Source: Dehalococcoidia bacterium
GTDB lineage: Bacteria; Chloroflexota; Dehalococcoidia; SZUA-161; SpSt-899
Assembly: GCA_041300025.1 (NCBI GenBank)
Contig: JBGLNL010000001.1
Span: 683,888 to 747,887, forward strand
Direction: 5' to 3'
DNA length: 64,000 nt
In this document: piece by piece, positions 26,584 through 35,529 of the stretch
How positions within the stretch are numbered: the first letter of the stretch is position 1
Layout of the letters: every line of letters starts with the position of its first letter
Position numbers and translations under genes: made by a program
Notes under the pieces: model-generated
Told to the model about the DNA's origin: nothing
The model's database searches: none
Seen by the model: the letters and a program-made list of their open reading frames with translations, nothing else

Positions 26584-28107
26584 ATGAAAATCGGACCTGA
26601 CCTCCCCCGGCGAGTTGAGCGCTTCATTACAGAAAACAACCTTTTTAATTCTTCCGGAACTGTGCTGGCGGGTGTTTCCGGTGGCCCCGATTCCGTTTGC
26701 CTGCTGCATATTCTTAATTCCCTGCGCAGTTCACTTGGATTGGATTTGCATGTTGCGCATTTGAATCACCAGTTGCGCGGCGCGGAATCGGATGCCGACG
26801 CGGCCTATGTGGCGGATCTGGCTGAAAAAATGAGCCTTCCCTTTACAATAGAGTCCCGCGATGTAACAGGATATCAGTCAGAACGGGGCTGCTCGCTGGA
26901 AGAAGCCGCCCGCGAGGTTCGTTATGGCTTCTTTGCCGAGATGGCGGAAACGCTTGGCGCCAGCATGGTAGCAGTCGGGCATACCGCCGATGATCAGGCC
27001 GAAACCATCATCATGCATCTGATTCGCGGCACAGGGCTTTCCGGCCTGCAGGGGATGCGCCCGCTTTTCGAGTGGGGATTACCCGGTGGAGGATCACTAA
27101 CCGTGGTTCGGCCTTTGCTGGAGGTAACACGGCAGGAAACCGAACTTTATTGCCATGAACTGGAACTTCACCCGCGTATCGACTTATCTAATCATTCCCC
27201 TGAATACCTGCGCAACCGCATTCGCGCCGAAATCATGCCGCAGCTTGCTGAATATAATCCCAATATCGTCGAGAGCCTTAACCGCATGGCCCGTCTGATC
27301 GGAGAGGACATCGAATATCTGAATAAACAGGTAAGCCGGGTTTTCGATTCCGTGGTCGAAGAAATCCCCGAAGGTGTGTCGCTGGATAGAAAGGCTTTTG
27401 CGGAGCTTCCACCTGCTTTGAAACGGCATCTTTTGCGTACCATGCTTGGGCAGATCATCGGGAGTTTGCGGGATATCGAGATGGTTCACATCGAGACTAT
27501 TATGGAGGCAATGGCGCAACCAGCCGGAAAAGAAATATCCCTGCCCTACGGATTTAACCTGTATGGAGATTACGAAAGGAGCTTTATCACCCGCGGGGAA
27601 AACCCGCTTTTGATCCTGCCTGCTTTTGAAGGCGAAGCGTTTGTTCGGATTCCCGGCGAAACATCGGTTTCCGGATGGAAGGTCAGCGCCGAAGTTTTCC
27701 CCGGCAGGCCAAAAGCGATCAAACAAGGGGATTTCGTGGCCTTCTTCGATATGGACCTTACCGGCGGCGAACTGATCGTTCGATCGCGAAAAGATGGTGA
27801 CCGTTTCCAGCCGCTCGGGATGGACGACTCCAAAAAACTGCAGGATTTCATGGTTGATGCCAAAATCCCTCGCATGTGGAGGGACAACGTGCCTCTGGTT
27901 TGTTCCGGTGATCGCATCATCTGGGTGGTGGGCTGGCGGATCGACCATCTCACCAGAGTGACCCAGGCCTCTCTCGATCCTGCCGATCGTCAAAAGGGAT
28001 ACCCCTGCTTTCCTAGCCAACTCGGATTTGCTGATGAGAAGGCTTTCTCGGACCTGTTTCAACTGGTTGGTTTTCAAAGCCGTTCCTCACGCACTCTAGT
28101 GGAATGA
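26584..28107 (+). CDS. tilS: tRNA(Ile)-lysidine synthase, with a non-native 3' tail
   Basis: PP-loop VSGGPDSVCLL and a TilS_C region ...GDRFQPLGMDDSKKLQDFMVDAKIP...IIWVVGWRI. The last ~45 codons are antisense to an XRE fragment. Confidence 0.85.
   Translation: MKIGPDLPRRVERFITENNLFNSSGTVLAGVSGGPDSVCLLHILNSLRSSLGLDLHVAHLNHQLRGAESDADAAYVADLAEKMSLPFTIESRDVTGYQSERGCSLEEAAREVRYGFFAEMAETLGASMVAVGHTADDQAETIIMHLIRGTGLSGLQGMRPLFEWGLPGGGSLTVVRPLLEVTRQETELYCHELELHPRIDLSNHSPEYLRNRIRAEIMPQLAEYNPNIVESLNRMARLIGEDIEYLNKQVSRVFDSVVEEIPEGVSLDRKAFAELPPALKRHLLRTMLGQIIGSLRDIEMVHIETIMEAMAQPAGKEISLPYGFNLYGDYERSFITRGENPLLILPAFEGEAFVRIPGETSVSGWKVSAEVFPGRPKAIKQGDFVAFFDMDLTGGELIVRSRKDGDRFQPLGMDDSKKLQDFMVDAKIPRMWRDNVPLVCSGDRIIWVVGWRIDHLTRVTQASLDPADRQKGYPCFPSQLGFADEKAFSDLFQLVGFQSRSSRTLVE
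27964..28077 (-). pseudogene. XRE-family HTH repressor, N-terminal ~38-aa fragment
   Basis: MKTNQLKQVRESLLISKSELARKAGVSLLTIGRIERG heads the 297-aa antisense ORF. HTH-like sequence stops where conserved tilS sequence begins. A very AT-rich putative promoter region lies at 28110-28200. Confidence 0.45.
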
Positions 28108-28286
28108 CTGCTTAAAAATAGCATATAATTTTACATATTTTACTATATATGTCAATAAATAAACTTAACTATCGTATTTTATTATAACTACACTATGTTG
28201 AGGTTACGGAAGGCACGTATCCATAAATGTTGTGTGGTGTGGGTGGTGGACTGAAGTGGCAATCAGATGGTCGAAGCTATGAAATG

Positions 28287-28320
28287 AAAAAGGGCTCGCC
28301 GTTTTGGAAGCCCTTTTTTT
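28287..28320. terminator. Bidirectional hairpin terminator abutting the tRNA-Ala 3' fragment
   Basis: aaaaAAGGGCT-12nt-AGCCCTTttttt, with A-runs and T-runs on both sides. Confidence 0.5.
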
Positions 28321-28366
28321 GGTGGAGCTGGACGGGATCGAACCGACGGCCTCATGAATGCCATTC
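28316..28366. repeat. att-type direct repeat, left copy (orphan 3' half of tRNA-Ala)
   Basis: tttttggtggagctggacgggatcgaaccgacggcctcatgaatgccattc is identical to 36395-36445. It covers tRNA positions ~30-76 only. Confidence 0.9.
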
Positions 28367-28484
28367 GGAACTGGCGGTTCTTCTATCTTGTTGGTGTCCC
28401 ATAACTATTTGAAATCAAACGAGGCAGGTGTAGAAAGAAAGTAAACAATAGTACGGGTACCGATACTACCCATTAATATATGTG

Positions 28485-28596
28485 GTAGGAGGGCGATATA
28501 CTTCGATGAGCAACGCTTGATGAAGTAGTAGGGCCAGTAGGAAGGAGTAGTAGGACGGGTATACTATGATACTCGGAGGTAGGAGATCGAAGTAGG
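28485..28596 (+). repeat. Cluster of six same-strand GTAGG(A/G) motifs in a C-poor tract
   Basis: gtaggag, gtagggc, gtaggaa, gtaggac, gtaggag and gtagggt within ~110 bp, flanked by acgggtaccgatact / acgggtatactatgatact. About 120-230 bp inside the left att repeat. Confidence 0.45.
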
Positions 28597-29170
28597 GTAC
28601 TAACACGCAAACTCAGAAAATCGACATTCAAATAGCTGCTAATCACTGAAACGCTGATCCAGACACGACCCCAATCCCAGGGGGCACTAAAACGGGCTTT
28701 TTCCCTATGCATTCAGAGAGTGCACAGAAGTTTCCTGACCTTTATACCTTTAGTCGGAGTTCTTCACTTGTACCGAAAAAAACTCATTCGCGCCGTTCCG
28801 CTGGCCTGGACTCTTGATATAATCGGATCAGGTCATCAAAATTCGGCTTGATCGATTGGAATAAGTTGTTCGGTGGATATAACCCTGAATGGACATTTGT
28901 TATAAATTTGAATGCGTTAGCATATCTGTATCCGACTATTTGTTGACATACAAGAGGCTTTTTCCTATTCTTGACCTGCCAAAAATCGAGCTATTATCAA
29001 ATTCCCCTCTACCTGGCTTGTCAAAAAGCAAGTTCTTGGTGCTCCAATCGAGGCTAGCGAGATCCAGTTGGTTGAAAAGTCAAGCTGGAAAGTTATCCGA
29101 CCGTCAGCAACGGGTTTTGCATCTATGCGGGTAATTGTATGGGTGAAGCGTAAACAGTGAGGCAGCTAGT

Positions 29171-31477
29171 ATGACGTCTATTATTAAGTATTATGAGGGG
29201 ATCGACTCGGTTGCCGTAATCGGCAACTACTTACCCCGCCAGTGCGGTATTGCAACATTCACTACCGATCTTGTTGAGGCCTTATCGGAAGAAGCGCCCG
29301 ACATAAACTGCTGGGCGGTTGCCATCAATGACAAACCCGAGGGATATGCATATCCTGAAAAAGTGCGGTTTGAGATCAACCAGAACAACCTCGCAGATTA
29401 CAGTGTCGCATCGGAGTTTCTCAATATCAGCCAAGTTGATATTGTCTGCGTGCAGCATGAATTCGGTCTTTTCGGCGGCCCTGCCGGCAGCCATCTGCTG
29501 AAACTTCTTGGAGAGATTCGCATGCCGGTCGTGACAACGCTGCATACGGTTCTGAGAGATCCCGCCCCGGAATATCGTGAAGTCATGTGCAAGCTGTCTG
29601 ATCTGTCCGACAAACTGATCGTGATGAGCCGGAAGGCCTTTGATTTCCTCAAAGATATCTATTCCGTTCCGGAGGAGAAAATTGCCTTTATCCATCACGG
29701 CATTCCGGATACGCCTTTTATTGATTCCAGCTTCAACAAAGATAAGTTCGGTGTTGAAGGCAAAAAGGTGCTGCTCACATTCGGACTGCTTTCCCCCAAT
29801 AAGGGCATTGAAAATGTGCTGCGGGCGCTTCCGTCCGTCACCAGAAAACACCCTGATGTTACCTATATTATCCTGGGAGCAACACATCCGCATATTTTGA
29901 AAGCGCATGGCGAGCAATACCGTATCAGCCTACAGCAGCTCGTGCGCAAACTCAATATCAGCGGTCATGTCATTTTTCAAAACCGATTTGTCGAACTGAA
30001 AGAATTATGTGAGTTTCTCGGCATCGCTGATATTTATGTAACCCCCTATCTTGAAGAAGCCCAGATTACTTCCGGGACGCTCGCCTATGCCATGGGAACT
30101 GGCAAAGCCGTCATTTCAACCCCATACTGGTATGCGACCGAGATGCTTGCCGAAGGGCGGGGAAGAATTGTTCCATTCAACAACCCTGATGCCATGGCGG
30201 AACAAATCATCGACCTTTTGGACAACGATGTCACCCGGCATGCGATACGCAAAAAAGCCTATACATTTTGTCGGGAGGCGATCTGGAAGGAGGTATCCCG
30301 AAGATATCTCGAGGTTTTCAGCGAGGTTCAGCATCATCGTTCCCTGCACCCCCGACCCCGACATTTATATGTTGAAAACATCAAATCCATCACAAATTTC
30401 GATCTCCCGGAAATGAAGCTTGATCACATGAAGACCCTTACCGATGATACGGGCATTTTGCAGCATGCCGCCCATATCGTCCCCGATCGCATCCATGGCT
30501 ACTGCACCGATGATAATGCGAGAGCTCTGCTGGTTGCTGCCATGGGCCGGAAATACCTGTCTACGGGCGACAGGTCCCTTGATTCCCTTAGCAGTCATTA
30601 TCTCAGCTTTCTACTGTATGCCTTCAATGTCGAAACCGGGCGATTTCGTAATTTTATGACCTATGCCCGGCAATGGACTGAGGAGGTGGGATCGGAGGAT
30701 GCTCATGGTAGAGCGCTCTGGGGCCTTGGCAAGTCTGTGATGTTTTTTGACAATCCCGGAGAGGTGGCAACGAGCGCGACGCTCTTCAACAAGGCGCTGA
30801 AGGCTGTCGAGCACTTTCATTCGCCCCGAGCCATCGCTTTTGCCCTGGTGGGCATTCATGCCTACCTGGATAAATTTTCAGGCGACAGTGAAGTGCGAAG
30901 GATTCGAGAAATCCTCGCAGATAGGCTTTTCAATCAGTTCAAGAACAATGCATCAAACAGCTGGCCCTGGCTTGAAAGCACTTTAAACTATGCCAACGGC
31001 AAGCTTCCCCATGCCCTGCTCCTATCCGGCCAATCGATGCAGCGCAGCGATATGATCGATATGGGACTCAGATCGCTTGAGTGGCTGCTCACCATCCAGA
31101 CCGAAAAAGGCCACTTTGTGCCGATCGGTAATAAGGGATGGTATGAAAAAGGCGGCCCCAAAGCCCGTTTCGACCAGCAGCCCGTCGATGCTAATGCTAT
31201 GATCGAAGCCTGTATCGAAGCCTTTAACATCATCCGAGACAAAACATGGATAGACAACGCGGTCATGTGCTTTAACTGGTTTCTCGGAGACAACGACCTG
31301 AATATGCCGCTCTATGATCCCAAGACCGGCGGCTGCCGCGACGGGCTGATGGCTGATGGCATCAACCAGAATGAAGGCGCCGAGTCGTGCCTTGCATGGC
31401 TACTTTCGCTTATGACATTGCAAAAGCTTTATGCTGATGAGATTTTGAAACAGCCATCGTCCCAATCAGCCGATTAA
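29171..31477 (+). CDS. Two-domain protein: N-terminal GT4 glycosyltransferase plus a C-terminal ~370-aa six-hairpin-glycosidase-like domain
   Basis: 768 aa with no signal peptide. GT4 pattern in residues ~1-390 (..VTPYLEEAQITSGTLAYAMGTGKAVISTP..). The C-terminal half (HGYCTDDNARALL..HGRALWGLG) looks like an alpha/alpha toroid (weak call). Confidence 0.75.
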   Translation: MTSIIKYYEGIDSVAVIGNYLPRQCGIATFTTDLVEALSEEAPDINCWAVAINDKPEGYAYPEKVRFEINQNNLADYSVASEFLNISQVDIVCVQHEFGLFGGPAGSHLLKLLGEIRMPVVTTLHTVLRDPAPEYREVMCKLSDLSDKLIVMSRKAFDFLKDIYSVPEEKIAFIHHGIPDTPFIDSSFNKDKFGVEGKKVLLTFGLLSPNKGIENVLRALPSVTRKHPDVTYIILGATHPHILKAHGEQYRISLQQLVRKLNISGHVIFQNRFVELKELCEFLGIADIYVTPYLEEAQITSGTLAYAMGTGKAVISTPYWYATEMLAEGRGRIVPFNNPDAMAEQIIDLLDNDVTRHAIRKKAYTFCREAIWKEVSRRYLEVFSEVQHHRSLHPRPRHLYVENIKSITNFDLPEMKLDHMKTLTDDTGILQHAAHIVPDRIHGYCTDDNARALLVAAMGRKYLSTGDRSLDSLSSHYLSFLLYAFNVETGRFRNFMTYARQWTEEVGSEDAHGRALWGLGKSVMFFDNPGEVATSATLFNKALKAVEHFHSPRAIAFALVGIHAYLDKFSGDSEVRRIREILADRLFNQFKNNASNSWPWLESTLNYANGKLPHALLLSGQSMQRSDMIDMGLRSLEWLLTIQTEKGHFVPIGNKGWYEKGGPKARFDQQPVDANAMIEACIEAFNIIRDKTWIDNAVMCFNWFLGDNDLNMPLYDPKTGGCRDGLMADGINQNEGAESCLAWLLSLMTLQKLYADEILKQPSSQSAD

Positions 31478-31491
31478 GTAAAGGATTAGCT

Positions 31492-32541
31492 ATGCGCATT
31501 GCGATGCTCTCGCCGATTGCCTGGCGCACGCCGCCGCGACACTATGGCCCGTGGGAAAGCGTGGTCTCCCTTTTGACCGAGGGGTTGGTATCGCGAGGCT
31601 ATAATGTTACCCTTTTTGCAACCGGTGATTCGGAAACAAGCGGCAAGCTGCATACCATTTGTGCGCGGGGCTATGAAGAAGACCGCTCCATTATTCCAAA
31701 AGTATGGGAGTGCCTGCACATTTCGGAACTCTTTGAGCATGCTCAAGATTTTGATATTATACATAACAATTTTGATTATTTGCCCTTGACCTATACCGGC
31801 CTTATCACCACCCCGGTCGTTACAACCATTCACGGCTTTTCATCGCCGGGCATTTTGCCGGTTTACAAAAAATATAACCGCAAAGTGTTCTATGTTTCCA
31901 TTAGCGATGCCGACCGGTCCCCGGATCTTGACTATATCAAAACCATCCATCACGGCATAGATATAAAGCAGTTTGATTTTCAGCCTGAACCGGAGGATTA
32001 TCTGCTTTTTTTCGGGCGCATCCACCATGACAAGGGTGCCAGAGAGGCCCTTGAAATTGCCAGGGCCTGCAATAAGAAGCTGATATTGGCGGGAATCATC
32101 CAGGATGAAGTCTACTATCACCAGTACGTCGAACCGCACCTGGACAACCATAATGCGGTCTATGTCGGCAGCGTCGGGCCGGTTCAGCGCAACCAGTTGC
32201 TAGGCAAGGCATACGCGCTTTTGCATCCCATAAATTTTAATGAGCCTTTCGGACTGTCTATTATAGAGTCCATGGCTTGCGGTACCCCGGCGATCGCGTT
32301 TAACAAGGGGAGTATGCCAGAGTTGATCGAGCATGGCAAAAACGGCTTCCTGGTTTCGGGTTGCGAAGAGGCTGTTGAACATGTGGCAAGGATAAAAAAT
32401 ATAAATAGATTAGACTGTCGTCAGACGGTCGAAGCCCGCTTCACCGTAGACAGTATGGTCGAAAAATATGTAGACGTTTACACAGAGGTGCATGAAAAAG
32501 GACATAAGGATTTTGCTGACAGCCAAGCCAACAAAAATTGA
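31492..32541 (+). CDS. GT4 family glycosyltransferase
   Basis: MRIAMLSPIAWRTPP...PFGLSIIESMACGTPAIAFNKGSMPELIEHGKNGFLV is the canonical GT4 E-x7-E region. Confidence 0.85.
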   Translation: MRIAMLSPIAWRTPPRHYGPWESVVSLLTEGLVSRGYNVTLFATGDSETSGKLHTICARGYEEDRSIIPKVWECLHISELFEHAQDFDIIHNNFDYLPLTYTGLITTPVVTTIHGFSSPGILPVYKKYNRKVFYVSISDADRSPDLDYIKTIHHGIDIKQFDFQPEPEDYLLFFGRIHHDKGAREALEIARACNKKLILAGIIQDEVYYHQYVEPHLDNHNAVYVGSVGPVQRNQLLGKAYALLHPINFNEPFGLSIIESMACGTPAIAFNKGSMPELIEHGKNGFLVSGCEEAVEHVARIKNINRLDCRQTVEARFTVDSMVEKYVDVYTEVHEKGHKDFADSQANKN

Positions 32542-32550
32542 ACATCGATA

Positions 32551-33510
32551 ATGACAGGGTTGCATGGTATGAATAGAAAAACCCCTTTTATAAAGCGATA
32601 TGACGGGAACCCCATCCTTACCCGGGATGACGTGCCCTATCCGGTAGCCACTGTCCACAATGCCGGGGTTATTAAACACAATGACCGGTATATAATGCTT
32701 TTCAGGTCGCACAGACACAACGGTCGCTGTGTAATCGGCCGGGCTGAAAGCGCAGACGGTTTTTCCTTCACGGTCCATCCCGAACCCTTCCTTGAACCGG
32801 CGACAGACAACGTTTTTGGGGAATATGAGGAGTTCGGAGTCGAGGACCTCCGCATAAACCCCGTGGAGGGCGAATATCTTCTTACCTACAGCGCATACTC
32901 GCGGCATGGAGTGCGCATCGCACTTGCCCGGACAAAGGACCTCAAAAGCATTGAGCGCGTCGCGCTGATCACCCAGTCCGACCTTCGCAATGTGGTTATT
33001 TTCCCTGTGAAATTCCAGGGCAGATACGCGCGCCTGGACCGGCCGCATTCCGAAATGTCACCCTGGTCTATCTGGATTTCCTATTCCCCCGACCTTGTTC
33101 ACTGGGGCGATTCACGGGTGATTATGAAGCCGGTTCCCTATCACTGGGATGAAATGAAAATCGGGCCCGGCGCACCGCCCTTCAAAACCGACAAGGGCTG
33201 GCTTCATATTTACCATGGAGTCTTTAAAACGATGGCTGGGGCGGTGTATCGCCTTGGCGCGGCCCTGCACAACCTTAATGATCCGGCAAAAATCATCGGC
33301 GTTTCTGATCAGTGGATACTGCAGCCCGAGGATGCCTGGGAAGTGAGCGGCTACGTGCCCAATGTTGTTTTTACATGCGGCGCTGTTCCTGAAGACGACG
33401 GTACGGTAAAAATATACTGGGGCGGCGCTGATACCGTCATGTGCGCCGGCACGGCGGTAATTGATGATCTGGTACAGCTTTGTCTGTCGGCTTCCCGGCC
33501 GCCACTGTAG
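32551..33510 (+). CDS. GH130 family protein (beta-mannoside phosphorylase/hydrolase-like, DUF377)
   Basis: ...NPILTRDDVPYPVATVHNAGVIKHNDRYIMLFR...PNVVFTCGAV..DGTVKIYWGGADTVMC matches the GH130 five-bladed propeller pattern. No signal peptide. Confidence 0.85.
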   Translation: MTGLHGMNRKTPFIKRYDGNPILTRDDVPYPVATVHNAGVIKHNDRYIMLFRSHRHNGRCVIGRAESADGFSFTVHPEPFLEPATDNVFGEYEEFGVEDLRINPVEGEYLLTYSAYSRHGVRIALARTKDLKSIERVALITQSDLRNVVIFPVKFQGRYARLDRPHSEMSPWSIWISYSPDLVHWGDSRVIMKPVPYHWDEMKIGPGAPPFKTDKGWLHIYHGVFKTMAGAVYRLGAALHNLNDPAKIIGVSDQWILQPEDAWEVSGYVPNVVFTCGAVPEDDGTVKIYWGGADTVMCAGTAVIDDLVQLCLSASRPPL

Positions 33511-33677
33511 CTTATTATCAAATATCACAACGGGCTTATTGCAAATCAGGAAATCAATAATTTCATAAACTGATCGAAATGACTTTTAGAGGATATGCTG
33601 GGATTGAAAGTCCCCCTGCTAAACAGACTTTCGATGCAGAGCACACAATATCAAACTACCTTTAAGGATACAGTGAT

Positions 33678-35156
33678 ATGGACGCAAAAAAGTATCTAAA
33701 CCCGAAAGTTAAAAGGATAAAGACAACCATTCTGGGGGACACCTCACGCGTTATAACACGCCTTCATATTCCCAACGGGGCGCATCGCATACTTAAAATC
33801 ATTCAACGCATAATAGATTTGCCTGAGGAGACAGCCGAAAAGCTTCTTTCACAAATAATGTTTGATTTTTCAAAGCGGCACAAAGACATCAGACGCATTT
33901 TTGAGCGTCACCTAAATGAGGTAAAAGATTATGTTCCTCGGGACGCCGTGCTAAGTGAGACCAAAATGGCTCTCATCGGGGCCTATTTTACCATGGAGTA
34001 CTCCGTTGAATCGGCTGCCCTTTTTAACCCTTCAATTGTCCTCCACCCTGATCAAAGCCATCTGGACAAAGGCAGCTTGCGTTTTATCATGAGCCTGCGG
34101 GCAATCGGCGAAGGCCATGTTTCCTCCCTTGTATTTCGAAGTGGCGTCCTTGACGAGCACAATACGTTTATCTTCGACCCGGTCAGCGATTATATCGAAA
34201 GGCCGGACGTCCGCCCAAATCCGATTTACGACCGGCATTTGTTCCAGCTGAAGCTCAACGAAATGGGGGCCTGCAATGAGGTAACAGCTCATCTTCTTGG
34301 CCAGTTACCAGATGATTTCAGCTATAATGAATTAAAAGAAAAAATTGGAGCGCTTCGTGCAAAAACCGTTTTCTCTGAGGAGCGCCAAAACGGAACTTTC
34401 GAGATCATTTACTGGCTTGCCAACTCCAATTATGAGATGAATTTCCGACCCGATCACCGAATATCCGAACGGGTTATCTTTCCCGTTTCGAAAAACGAAA
34501 GCAGAGGCATTGAAGACGCCCGGTTCGTGCAATTTTTTGATGACACCGGCGAAGTGACCTATTATGCGACCTATACGGCTTATAACGGCCTTAGAATCCT
34601 GCCGCAGCTGATAGAAACAAAAGATTTTACCAGATTTAAAATTATAACCCTCAACGGCAAAGCAGTAAAAAACAAGGGCATGGCTCTTTTTCCCCGCAAA
34701 ATTGACGGCAGCTACGTTATGCTTTCCCGACAGGACGGTGAAAATAATCATATCATGTTCTCAGACAATATCCATTTCTGGCAGGAGTCCAAAATCATCC
34801 AGGAGCCCACACGTCCCTGGGAATTTATTCAGATCGGCAACTGCGGCTCACCCCTGGAAACCGATCAAGGCTGGATCGTACTCACCCACGGTGTCGGGCC
34901 GATGCGTCAGTATTGCATCGGCGCCATGCTACTTGATCTTGAAAATCCGGGAAAAATCATTGCCCGCCTGGAAGAGCCGTTACTTACCCCGCATGAGGAA
35001 GAGCGCGACGGGTATGTTCCCAATGTCGTTTATACCTGCGGCGCAATTTTTCATAATACCGACCTCGTCATTCCCTATGGCATATCTGATATTAAATCCG
35101 GCATTGCAACCGTTGGAGTGAGGGAATTAATTAACTGCATGCACGCGGTAGGTTAA
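33678..35156 (+). CDS. Long GH130-like protein with a ~250-aa N-terminal extension of unknown function
   Basis: The C-terminal half (EDARFVQF...YATYTAYNG...GYVPNVVYTCGAI..LVIPYGISD) is GH130-like. I do not recognise the N-terminal half. Confidence 0.75.
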   Translation: MDAKKYLNPKVKRIKTTILGDTSRVITRLHIPNGAHRILKIIQRIIDLPEETAEKLLSQIMFDFSKRHKDIRRIFERHLNEVKDYVPRDAVLSETKMALIGAYFTMEYSVESAALFNPSIVLHPDQSHLDKGSLRFIMSLRAIGEGHVSSLVFRSGVLDEHNTFIFDPVSDYIERPDVRPNPIYDRHLFQLKLNEMGACNEVTAHLLGQLPDDFSYNELKEKIGALRAKTVFSEERQNGTFEIIYWLANSNYEMNFRPDHRISERVIFPVSKNESRGIEDARFVQFFDDTGEVTYYATYTAYNGLRILPQLIETKDFTRFKIITLNGKAVKNKGMALFPRKIDGSYVMLSRQDGENNHIMFSDNIHFWQESKIIQEPTRPWEFIQIGNCGSPLETDQGWIVLTHGVGPMRQYCIGAMLLDLENPGKIIARLEEPLLTPHEEERDGYVPNVVYTCGAIFHNTDLVIPYGISDIKSGIATVGVRELINCMHAVG

Positions 35157-35339
35157 TGGTTCCAGGATCGGCGTTTATGAAGCCCATCTGATAGCTTTTT
35201 TTATATTACTTTATAGAAACCATTTTTCACCGAGAGATGTGAATTTGGAATTTTCCATCTCATTCAATACTGTGATACCTGCTATTGATGTGAGCTCTAG
35301 TGGGAGTTCAGATATAGACAGGGTCTGTGAAGAGGAAGC

Positions 35340-35500
35340 TGGTCTTCAGAGCGATAAACCCTGAAATCTGCGCCCACAACATCCGGCACACGGGTTTTTC
35401 ATGGACTTTCGACCGAGGGCTTCCCAGTACTTCAATCTATGGAGGTCCCAAACTTTCAAGCTTGCAGTTGCTAATCGATCGTTTGCAACACCACAGAACA
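35340..35500 (+). pseudogene. Tyrosine recombinase C-terminal fragment (box II region)
   Basis: ICAHNIRHTGFSWTFDRGLP....GGPKLSSLQLLIDRLQHH resembles H-x-L-R-H-T...LGHSSLQTTxRYxH. There is no upstream catalytic core. Confidence 0.4.
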
Positions 35501-35529
35501 AGGGCTGAGGGGAGAAGTCGTGCCCAAGA

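Noticed and set aside
27184-28077. 297-aa minus-strand ORF
   Set aside because: It is antisense to conserved tilS for nearly all its length. Only the first ~38 codons (XRE HTH) look real, and those are reported separately as a fragment.
28889-29134. 81-aa ORF ending ..KLSDRQQRVLHLCG*, vaguely like the start of a LuxR-type HTH
   Set aside because: The similarity is only ~10 residues. The ORF has no RBS and lies in a repeat-rich non-coding leader. A TTGACA-17-TATTCT box at 28943-28971 is also too weak to call.
29282-29917. 211-aa minus-strand ORF (with similar ones at 32410-33048, 19446-19994, 15598-16137 and 16130-16708)
   Set aside because: All are shadow ORFs opposite strongly conserved genes (GT4, GH130, TauE, thi4, thiC). 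No recognisable domains.
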